A stretch of 64,000 nucleotides of DNA from Macrostomum lignano (taxonomy: Eukaryota), in the NCBI GenBank assembly GCA_002269645.1, contig NIVC01002068.1:62001-126000 (forward strand), written 5' to 3'. How positions within the stretch are numbered: position 1 is the first letter of the stretch; every line of letters begins with the position of its first letter. A program made the position numbers and the translations under genes. The notes under the pieces are model-generated. The model did no database searches. It was not told the DNA's origin and saw only the letters and a program-made list of their open reading frames with translations. Positions 50,801 through 61,400 of the stretch are shown piece after piece.

Positions 50801-53012
50801 TCGTGTGAACCTTTGAACCGGGGATTTTCGAATGGTGGCTACTGCCTGCTTTTAAATCAAAGCCCTCAAAGCTGCATATGTAAAAGCGCAAGCAGACTCA
50901 GACCCTACCTGAAAGTCGCCTTTCTCCACGGCAACCATAAGGTCGCTCTTGGTTTGCTCGTTTAGACGCCTCAGCAAGTCGAGCTGGTCGGCCATGGCCT
51001 GCACCTCTCGCTGCTTCTCGTACAGCTGGAAATGGGATTTGGGATCAGTACTGAGATTGGGATTTGGGATTAGGGATCAGAACTGAGATCGGGATTTGGG
51101 ATCAGAACTGACATTGGGATTTAGGATTTAGGATCAGTACTGGAATTGGGATTGGAATCGGGATTGGGATCAAGGTATAGAATTATGACATTGGACTCGG
51201 CATACATGTTAACTATTAAAACTTGAGTATTGAGAACCTGCAGCGCGTGACCCAGCTGGAACTCCAGTCGCTTGTCGCTTGATTAGTGTGAACTCATTTT
51301 TAAAGCTACCCCTCACTCCTGGTCTCACTAGGTGCTCACATTTTCATTGAGTTGTCGGCACTCCTCTCTCAGTTGAGTCTCCAGCTGCCGCTGGTTCGAC
51401 ATCTCCTTGAGCCGTTCGACCTCTTCCTCGCGCTGTGCCGCCCAGCGGGCCCGGACCTCTCGCAGCATGGAGCCCGGCTGCTGCTGCCGGCGCTGCAAGC
51501 CGACATCATCGAAGTCGTCCTGGGATCCGACGCCCGGATCGTAGCACGGATCGTCCTCGAAGAAGATTCCGCCGTCTCTGAGGACTGCCTCATCATTGAA
51601 GCCGTTGCTGCCGTCCCCGCCGCGATAATCGTAGGCGGCGTCGTCTGCAGGATAAGCGGACACCGGGGCGGAGGCCGCCGCCTCTCGGTAATAGTAGCGA
51701 TTGTAGTCATCCACGTCATTCTCGACAGCGGCTGGTGGCGGAGGTGCTGCAGTCTGCGGAGCGGACAGGGATCTTATTTGCGGCAGTGGCTATTTTAAGC
51801 CTGTTATTTCGATTTATAGATCTGTTAACAATAGATGCTCGAATAATATACATTTCTTTTATCCGTAAAGTTTTGATTCTATAGGAGTCAAAAAAGTCCT
51901 CAAAAAGTTGTAAAATCTTTGCGTAAGCAAAAAAGGAAAAAATGCAATCTCCGCCGTGCTTTTGCTCCAGAAAACTGTGGAGAAGGTTTCCTTGAAGTAG
52001 AGTAAAGCTTTTCGGGTAGGAGAGTAGATTTCGATCGCTTTCGAGGAAATATGAAAGGTTTCCAGGAAACAGAATAGGTTTTCCGGAAAGAGAATAGATT
52101 TCCTGGAAACAATAATAGGTTTCCAGGAAATGGAATAGGTTTCCAGGAAATGGAATAGGTTTCCAGGAAATGGAATAGGTTTCCAGGAAATGGAATAGGT
52201 TTCCAGGAAATGGAATAGGTTTCCAGGAAATGGAATAGGTTTCCAGGAAATGGAATAGGTTTCCAGGAAATAGAATAGGTTTCCAGGAAATGGAATAGGT
52301 TTCCAGGAAATAGAATAGGTTTCCAGGAAATGGAACAGGTTTCCAGGAAATGGAATAGGTTCCTAAATTAATTTCTAGAAAATGAAATAGATTACTAGGA
52401 AATTAATCAGGTTTCCAAGAAATGGAATAGTTTTCCTGGAAAAGGAATAGTTTTCCAGGAAATAGAGTACGTTTCTATGAAACGGTATCGGCTTCCAGGC
52501 CTATATTATGCGGATTGGATGGCTACAAAGAACGGTGAGACAGCATCAGCAGGTACCTGATAAGTCGTCAAGCTGCTCCGCACTCTGGCGATCAGGTCAA
52601 GCGTTGACGGCTGTCGCTGATCTTCGTCGCCAATCGCCGACGACGCAACTGAAGCTTTGCCTGTCGCCTTCTCGACTGGCGCTGCAGCCGCCGCCGCCGC
52701 CGGCAGCTTTTCGATCGAGCCGCCGCTGGCAGTTGGCCGCTTCTGCCGGCTGCCGCCGAAAGCAATGCGGCGCAGCTGTTCCTGAAACGACAGCTCAGCC
52801 GTTGGTGCGTCAGGTTTCTTTGTTGCAGACTGCGACTGCGCTGGCGGCGGCGGCTGCTGCTCCGCTCTGGTTGGCCTCGGCGGAGGCGGTGGCGTCGGCG
52901 GCTGCTGCTGCGGGAACTCCAAGCAGCCGCTGTCGTCCGGCTCATCCTGATCGACTTCGTCCGCTGGCTCGGAGTCCAGTCGCAGGCGCAGCTCGCTGAC
53001 TCTGGACGCCAT
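47837..53012 (-). CDS. Six-exon, 789-aa low-complexity / coiled-coil protein of unknown family
   Basis: Exons 53012-52557, 51753-51340, 51025-50909, 50236-49739, 49297-48534 and 47957-47837. All introns are GT-AG with consistent phases (0,0,0,0,2). Central heptad-rich coil (EEEVERLKEM...LETELMRLRREV); C-terminus WNHLRDYAEARELTASARKYADSLVTKYLSQQGAS*. Confidence 0.85.
47967..48450. repeat. 16-bp minisatellite in intron 5 of the coiled-coil gene
   Basis: Unit GTGACAGATCATTGGA. Confidence 0.97.
49460..49682. repeat. 20-bp minisatellite in intron 4
   Basis: Units AACTGTTAGACAGGATAGGC / AACTGTTAGACAGTATCTGT. Confidence 0.9.
50296..50802. repeat. 16-bp minisatellite in intron 3
   Basis: Unit GATCTTGTGACACTTT. 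Confidence 0.97.
51033..51172. repeat. Degenerate GGGATT-based repeat in intron 2
   Basis: Repeated GGGATTTGGGATCAG(T/A)ACTGAGAT motifs. Confidence 0.75.
52055..52470. repeat. 20-bp minisatellite in intron 1
   Basis: Unit GGAATAGGTTTCCAGGAAAT. Confidence 0.95.
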
Positions 53013-54369
53013 TTTGCTGATTTCGGTTGTTCTGAGAGTTCAAATTTTGTTTGAGAGGCCGCCGGTTCTTAATGCGAGAGTTGGGGCTCTAATTTACAGA
53101 CTAGTTTAGCGACGAGATGGCCAGCCAAGCTCTAAATGCTCATTTTTTAAAGTTGCCCCGCTTCTACCTGTCAGAAATTCTCTCTCTCCCCCTCTCGTGC
53201 AAAGCTTTGAAAACTTAGTCTTGAGCCAAAGGAAGAGCTTAGAGGAGGCGTATCAAAAGGAGGCGAGCGGCGATGGCGCTGGTCTCGCTGCTTTGCCTGA
53301 GTCTCTCTCGCTCTCTTGACAATGGAGGCTGAGCAGAGTACTCAGGCCACGGCGGTAGCAGCAATATAGCAGAGCAGAGACCTCTAGTAGCCCACTGTAA
53401 TATCAAGCCTTTGATACTTTTTAACTGGTTGTGAGAAAAGGCTGAATAGACGAATGACGGTGCTTTGCAAGTAGCCTCTGGTAATTTTCTGTGCCAGAAA
53501 GCAAAGGAACTACTCACGGACTACTTAAGTAGAAGGACGCGACACGCGCAAAACGTGCAAATTTTATTGGAGGCTGAATATTCAATTTTATGTAGCTCGA
53601 CTCCAGAAACTCGCCGAAGTGTAGTTTTTTCACATGATACAAATAATTTAGTCCTTGTTCATGTAACATATGTAATGCATGATTAAAACGATGCAGAAAC
53701 CTTAGAAATTAGTTTCAAGCGACGAAAACTAACTTTCTCTGGTGAGTTTCGAGTCTCGACGTGCGGCATTTGTAGCACAAAATATAGCTCTTCATTTTGA
53801 TATAGCACTTATTTTAAACGATTCTTTTAGCTGTTCATTGTTACTGTGAAGCGGACCTTTTTGACCTGGTCATAAGAAAACCTATCGCAAGATGTACAGA
53901 CATAAAACAGATACCACTGATTCTGCGCCAATCGTATCGGATAAATAGAGTCAAGACGAACTAAGACGAAAGATTTTAAGAACACGAATTTTGAGTCTTA
54001 GTAGCCATTCAATATTTTTATGCCATATTAATATTATTGGCCTTTTTAAAATGTATGCAAAAGTATATATCAAAGTGGTATAAGATAGCTAGCAGGTTTC
54101 TTGTATAAAGCAAATGCGAAAACATGCAGTTTAAACAGTATCAACAAAAGCGTACAACGAAATATTTTACAACAAAATGATCTATTGTATCAGGACAACT
54201 TGCTATAACATTGCATCAAAAAAACTTTGATTGCATCAAAGACAATTAAGTAGTCCGTGGAACTACTGTTAGCAATAAATACTGACCAAACTTCTAACAG
54301 TTCTGAAGAAAAAATATATTCAAAGGGTAAAATTGCTGCAAAATTTTATACAAACTAAAAAACAGAAAC

Positions 54370-54782
54370 AACCTAAAAACAGACTTTCTAATTCCTAGAA
54401 ACAGACTTTCTAATTCCTAGAAACAGCCTTTCTGATTCCTAGAAACAGTCTTTCTGATTCCTAAAAACAGACTTTCTAATTCCTAGAAACAGCCTTTCTG
54501 ATTCCTAGAAACAGACTTTCTGATTCCTAAAAACAGACTTTCTGATTCCTAGAAACAGTCTTTCTGATTCCTAGAAACAGACTTTCTGATTCCTAAAAAC
54601 AGACTTTCTGATTCCTAGAAACAGTCTTTCTGATTCCTAGAAACAGACTTTCTGATTCCTAGAAACAGACTTTAGGATTCCTAGAAACAGACTTTCTGAT
54701 TCCTAGAAACAGTCTTTCTGATTCCTAGAAACAGACTTTCTGATTCCTAGAAACAGATTTTCTAAATCTATTCCTAGAAACT
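54370..54782. repeat. 22-bp minisatellite
   Basis: Unit TTCCTAGAAACAGACTTTCTGA (period checked at 54481/54503). Confidence 0.95.
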
Positions 54783-55234
54783 GACAAGCACTGAAGAAAA
54801 ATACCTTTTTGTGCGAGATGTTCAACACAGCAATTGGTATGTATGCAATTCACGCCCATTAGGGCCAACCCCTTTATAACACAGAGAGTGTACATGCCTT
54901 GCGAATAGAAAAGTCAGGAACGCTGGAAACCCTGTTTGTGTGCCCCTGAGTACGTATAAACTGCGTGAATGTGTGTGCTCAAGTTTAGCAAAATTATAAA
55001 ATATAAAAAGGAAAGCGAGTAACTGGCTTAAGTCTGTGGCTAGGCTTCCCTATGTCGGGATCTGGTTGCTGTATGCTGTATAGTCTATGGCTTTTGCTTG
55101 GCTTGGCCAGGCTTATTCAGTCAGCCAAGCTGAGAGCGCAGCAGCAGTGCAGCGATCAACCAAGCTCGCTCAAGGCCTCACCGCACCGCTAGACTACTGA
55201 CTTAGGTAACACTGACAGCTTAACCAAAGCCGGC

Positions 55235-56821
55235 ATGCAGGAGATTATCACCATCCACATTGGTCAGTGCGGCGTCTGCGTCGGGCTCAAGTACTGGGAG
55301 AGCCTGGCCGACGAGCACGGCCTGGACTGTCAGGGCCGGTTTGTTGGCTCCAGCCCGTTGCAGCTTGAAAAGATCGGCGTGAACTTTGCGGAGTCGCAGT
55401 CGGGCCGGCACTCGCCCAGAGCTGTGTTCGCCGATCTGGACTCCACCAGCGTGGCCGCCCTGTCCGCCAGCTCCTGCACCGGCCTGTTCCGGCCGGACAG
55501 CCTCATTGAAGGCACCGGGGAGGCCGCCAGCACATACGGGCGCGGCTACGACTCACCCGGAGCCAAGGCGATGGCCGAGTCAATTCTGACCTCCGTTCAG
55601 CGACAGCTCGAGCTGAGCGATCGAGTCCGCGCGGTTCACATCGTCCACAGCCTGGGCGGCGGCACCGGCTCCGGCCTGACCAGCCGCCTGCTCCAGCAGG
55701 GACTGTCCGGCGTCCCTGTGCACACCTTCAGCCTGTTCCCCGGCCAGCCGGCCATCATCGAGGCTTACAACGCCACCCTGTGCGCGCCGCACCTGGCCAG
55801 CAGTGCCGAGATCACCTACTGCTGGGACTTGGCCGGCCTGCGCGCGGCCAGCGAACGTCCAAAGCCGGACATTGAAGACGTGAACCGGACAGCGGCCAAC
55901 ATGATGCTGGGCCTGACTGCCTGCGTCCGGTTTCCTGGACAGCTAAACCTCAGTCCGGGCAAACTGGCCAGCGCGCTGGTGCCCCTGCCCAGGTGAGAAC
56001 TCGTTTGAGAGAAATTTGAGTTCAGAATGGAGACTCAATATTAGCATTGGCTGGCATTGTAGTTAAGATTGTATAGGTGTAATTCGAACTCCTTAAAGGT
56101 AAGGATTGGTTTCTGAATCCACGCTTGTACGCTTCGTCAGCTCTTCTCCCCCTCGGTTTTACGCTCGAAGTTTCACTTAGCTCCAATAAAGAAATTCTCT
56201 CCGCGTTCGTCTCTCGCTAATCTAAGTATTGAATATATTAGACATCGAAAGCTGAAATTCTACAGGTTACTAAAGATTAAGGTGCTTTCAAGGTGCTCAA
56301 AGGCTGATTAACAGTGTCGGACTCGTTTCCGCAGGCTGCACTTCCTGTTGTCCTCGCTGGGCTGGGGCTCCACGCACGGCAACTCGGTCCGTGAGCTCTC
56401 TGCTCGGATGCTGAGCCCGGAGGCGCAGCTGGCGGCCTGCGACCCCTCGGCGGGCCGCATCCTCTCAGCGGCCGGCATCTTCCGCGGCCGGGTGCCAATC
56501 CAGGCGCTGGACTCAGCGCTCACCGACCTTCGGGCGCGTCGCGAGGCCGTCTTTCCCAATTGGCTGACTCACGCCTTCTCAACCGGCGTCTGCGACATTC
56601 CGCCGCGCGGCGAGACCGTCTCGGCGGCTTTCTTTGTCAACTCGAGCTCCACAGCTAACCTGGTTGAGCAGCAAGCTACCCAGGTGCGCAAACTGTTTGC
56701 CAGCGGGAGGGCCTTCTTCCACCTGTACCAGCAGGAGGGCATCACCGAGGGCGACATGAGCGAAGCTCTGGACGAGTGCGACCGGCTGTGCAGTCTCTAC
56801 CGCGAGACCGCGACTGCCTGA
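55235..56821 (+). CDS. Highly divergent beta-type tubulin lacking the acidic C-terminal tail (exons 55235-55992 and 56335-56821; 414 aa)
   Basis: Tubulin signature HSLGGGTGSG plus GQCG, DEHG, PRAV, FRPD, YNATL, RFPGQLN, VPLPR|LHF, AACDP, FRGR and the beta-specific CDIPPRG. Phase-2 GT-AG intron. The protein ends at YRETATA*. Confidence 0.9.
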
Positions 56822-57162
56822 GCCGCGCACCCAGCGCATAATTTTGTTTAAAACAGGGTATGAAAACTAAAAAAGTCTGGCTGAGTTGGGTAAATTTGGA
56901 TGCAAAGCGTCATCTGGAGTAAAACAATAGACGGCTCAAAGCAGAGAGCGAAACGCTCCATTCGTTTCTTTTTCAATTTTCAAACTGTTTTCTCCGCGTT
57001 TAGTCTTTTATTTGACAATACTGGTGGTCTTGCCAGGAAAAGAGCTGCTGAATAACGTGAACTTGTCTAATGACTTGTCCAATGGGCACTTAAGGAGCAT
57101 CTTTACCAATGGGGAGAACTATCAACAGAACCAAAGACATCTTTATGAGTGAGAGGACATTT

Positions 57163-57641
57163 CCAACAGTTTGGGAACATGTCTAACAGCAGTTTGGGAA
57201 CATGTCCAACAGTTGGAGAGCATGTCTAACAGTTTGGGGACATGTCTAACAGTTTGGGAACACGTACAACAGTTCAGGAACATGTCTAACAGTTTAGGAA
57301 CATGTCTAACAGTTTGGGAACATGTCTAACAGCTGGCGAACATTTACAACAATTTGGGGATATCTTCAAAAGTTTGGGAACATGTCCAACAGTTTGGGAA
57401 CATGTCTAACAGTTTGGGAACATGTCTAACAGTTTGGGAACATGTCTAACAGTTTGGGAACATGTCTAACAGTTTGGGAACATGTCTAACAGTTTGGGAA
57501 CATGTCCAACAGTTTGGGAACATGTCTAACAGTTTGGGAACATGTCTAACAGTTTGGGAACATGTCTAACAGTTTGGGAACATGTCCAACAGTTTTGGAA
57601 CATGTCCAACAGTTTTGGAACATGTCCAACAGTTTGGGAAC
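57163..57641. repeat. 20-bp minisatellite
   Basis: Unit AACAGTTTGGGAACATGTC(T/C). Confidence 0.95.
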
Positions 57642-58449
57642 TGTTATTAGGACGTTAAATTATTCTGAATGACACCTTAGTATACACGACAAACAAGCAG
57701 TTTCTCAGGATTGGTGATTGTCAGGTTAATATTTGATTTCTTATAAAATTAAGAAAGTATAAGCCAGTTAACTAAAGTGGATCACCTTTTATTTTAACAA
57801 AAATTGTATTAGGGCAGTCTCTCTGACTGTATTAATTTGAGTAGATAATGGAAGCACAGATAAAACAGGACAGATCGGGTGCCAGCAGTGATCAAATTAT
57901 CGCAAATCAAAGAATTCTTGAACTATCAAAAACTAATCACTCTGATTTTACTATTAAAAAAGACAAACTTATATATAAAAGATTCATTCAGTAATAGCTG
58001 AAAGTAAAAATGCGATAAAAATCGTGTAAGAATTTCTTTAGTCTATCTGCTGAATTGGTTGCTAGGTAGAGAATTTTGTTTCAATAATCTCTAATCTAAG
58101 GTTAGGCCATAAAAATAGCACAAAAAATAGGCGCAGTGATGTCACCTTAATGCTTGATACAGAAATGGACTGAAAAAATATCTGGGCATTTCTTTTGTGC
58201 TTCTTAGTAAAAAGAGGTAAAATTAGCGACTCCGATTGAAAGTAATTTGAAGGGCAAGCGGCCAGTGAAGGTCAAGCAGTTTTTTCCTATTCATAGCTCG
58301 TATTTGTAATCTTCTTTAGCGTACTGTGAATTCTTCAAATGAATTTAATCAAATGACAGCTTGACCAACTTAACCAGAGTGCAATTAATAAGGCAAGGCG
58401 CACGGTCAGTAAGCTTCAAGACAGCGAGTCACATCAAGGAAATTCAGCT

Positions 58450-61400
58450 TCAGATATCTGGCTGCTGGCTGTCGCACTGCGCCTTGTAGCGCAGCAGGCA
58501 CTGCGCCAGGAACTCGATCGGGTCCACGGGCCTCGCGTTCGCTACCTCGGCCATTGAGCTGGCCAGTGCTGGCTCTGGAATGAGAAAATGGGGGGATTTT
58601 GTAGTGCTCAACGTGTTCCATAGGGTAAAGACTCTCAAGACACCGCTCTCTGAGGAGGCTGGAAACACCGCCTTCTGAGCAGGACTCTGAAGACAATACT
58701 CTGGGAGAAGGACCCAGAAGACACCACTGTGGGAAGGACTTTGGGGACACCAATGTGGGAAGGACCCTGAAGACACCACTCTCTGGGAAGGAATGAAGGA
58801 ATCTGAAGGCACAATGTATGATTATCAAGAGGTCACGATTCACACACAACTGCCATAGCGTCGAGGCCGGTAGGCCGAGACGCGGTAAGGCAGTTGTGTG
58901 TGAAGCGTGAACTCTCGATAGTGGAATTGTGTCTAGTTTCGTCCAAAAACCAATTCAAAATGGCTAGGACACAACTTCCCAGACGGGAATTGTTCACTGA
59001 GTGATTCTAGGGATTTGTGTCATAGGCATTTTCCACTTGGCGCAAGCCAGATGATGGCCATAGACTAATCGTCTGGAACGAAAAGTTAAGCGGAACAGTC
59101 TGAAATTACCATAGACGAAACATGTTAAATGAAGTTGTGGTCTTATAAGCTGGAACCAGGGACAACTAAAACCCTCGGGACGCGAAACGAGCCAATTCAT
59201 GGCAAAAAATCTGAGGGGCTCGCTTAAAAGTATTGTTCTATGGCTTTTTCAAGTCTTCTCTGCTATCAGGCAAATTAAAATTGCTTTAGCTGCGGCCAGC
59301 AGTGAAGCTAAGCTGAACTATATCAAGAGAAGCATTTTTTATTCACTTGATGAAATGCCAAGAAAGTGCAGCGTATTTCCGTGCTCGTCAAATTACAACT
59401 CTGAAGCCGTTCGAACACGGACATTTGCGTTTCCCAGAGATCCACAGGAGCGAGAGCGATGGAGAAAGGCGCTGCCAAATATTCTCCAGGTAAGAAACCA
59501 GATCATTTGCTGTCATTACTGCTGCATAATTCCGCTTCAATTCTGCATGCCAGTCTCGTCCAAACAACTTGAAACCCAAAATTTATTATTTTAGAGAGTG
59601 ACTGACAATATGGGCGTGTGCGTAAAGCATTGGCCAAGCGATGCTCCAATGTTCAAGAAAAACTCTACCAAAAGGCCAATTAATCCTCCTTCTGTTTTTA
59701 ATGGAGTTCCTAGCTCGTGTTTTGTTCAGAACCAAGGTACGTAACTTAAAGATTGCTCAACACTTAGCGTCTATATCGATTTTGCCGCTCACAATTATCT
59801 TACTTTTATTTTTACTCTTATTTTAGACCAGGACCGACAGGCCGAAAAGCGCGGTGTTCTTTCTGACGCGAGGTGCAGCGACATCGATGAGATGGACGCT
59901 TTTCAGCTGCTTGATTTTTTGCCGGCATGGGAAAGTTTTCGAGCTGAGGTGAAAAAATTCGGATGTCGTATCTCGACATGCACTGAATACAGCTATTCTG
60001 AACGAAGATGTTTACTTGTTTACGTTAGATAAAGATGGAGACCTGTCTGTTCGAATTTTTGTCTCACCTAACTTTCTGATTCGTGCATTCAAACTGCATA
60101 CACCGATTTCGGTTCGAGACTTGTTGGGATTTCAACCGACACTCAAGCGCTCGTCAAAAAAAAATCCCACCAATACCGACGACATCCCATGATAGAAAGC
60201 TTCGGAAGTTAGATTTCCGAAGAACTTTCGAAGCTTTCTATCATGGGATGTCGTCGGTATTGGTGGGATTTTTGACGAGCGTCTTACTAGTCCTTTGAAA
60301 AAAACGTTGGCTAGCCGACGGGACACACTGTCCATGCTGAACGCTGGCTGGAATGCTCGTCTCTGATATCAAATCTGTTCCTTTGATGCCTGCCTTCTTT
60401 AGTCGCTGTATAACCTGTCAATTTCCAATAAAGCACGGTTTGAATTGTTTTTATGAGATTGTGTAAAACCTCGTGAATTAAATTTTAATTAATATCCAGC
60501 TTACCTGCGATATAGTAGAGCGAAGCCATCTCCGAAATGGAAAGCTCCTCTGATTTAGCAGCACAATTATCAATGGTCGCCAGTTCAATTTCATTCAGCT
60601 GTTCATTGCAACATTTGCTCCGATCGTGCTTGTAGTCTGCTAATTCAAGGGATGCCAATAATTTCATTCGTCGGAGTCGAGCACTGAGCAGCACTTGCTC
60701 CACAGATACATAGTAGTTGCCGCCGCTCATTTGGCGATATACGCCAGCCAGCCAGCCAGAACGTAGCTGATTCGTGGGTCGGACAAAAGAACCTCACACA
60801 TCTCACAGGCTCCGCGCAGTGAGTTTACTAGCGCTGACTTGGTCTCGGGCGTCAATGAATGATGGCGAGCTCGGCCTTTTCCACAATGTGTCGAATCAAA
60901 CGAATCCGCGAGCGCGCTAAGAAATTGTATGCTTTCATCTTGAACGGAATAGACTGGTCGCCTGTCCGGATCCCGTAGTCGTGCGTGTAGATCAGGATTT
61001 TTACAATTGACAATTTTCCAGAATCTCACTATGGTTTTGATAAATTCCGCAGTGTCTGAGTATCCATCACACTTCAATGCAGCGGCAACCCTTTCATCGA
61101 GAACTTGAAGAGCGAGACTGACTTTAGTTTTCTGAGTGCTTGTGGGATAACAGGCCTCATGAGTTAGACATGTGCGCTTGACTACGTGGTCTTTCTCCAT
61201 TTGGTACAGGCGTACCACGTCTGACCATTTAGCGGATATCTGTCTGTCAGCGCCAGGAGGTTGAATGCTTAGAATTCCATTCGCTTCCATTTGCCAATTG
61301 TTGCGAATGCATTTGATAATGTGAACGAAATCGAACAGCATGAAGAATTCCGACTCCTGTGCAGCATCCGTTCCAATCCATGGCTTCTCTCTTCCATCGC

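Noticed and set aside
55235-56821. Assignment to FtsZ/BtubB or to gamma, delta or epsilon tubulin
   Set aside because: An intron is present, and the motifs FRPD, RFPGQLN, AACDP, FRGR and CDIPPRG favour beta-type ancestry. A phylogeny is still needed.
59199-59594. 131-aa ORF (and its 154-aa mirror at 62644-63108) as complete proteins
   Set aside because: They are a 5' extension plus intron read-through of THAP exon 1. The real start is MPRKC (59355 / 62883).
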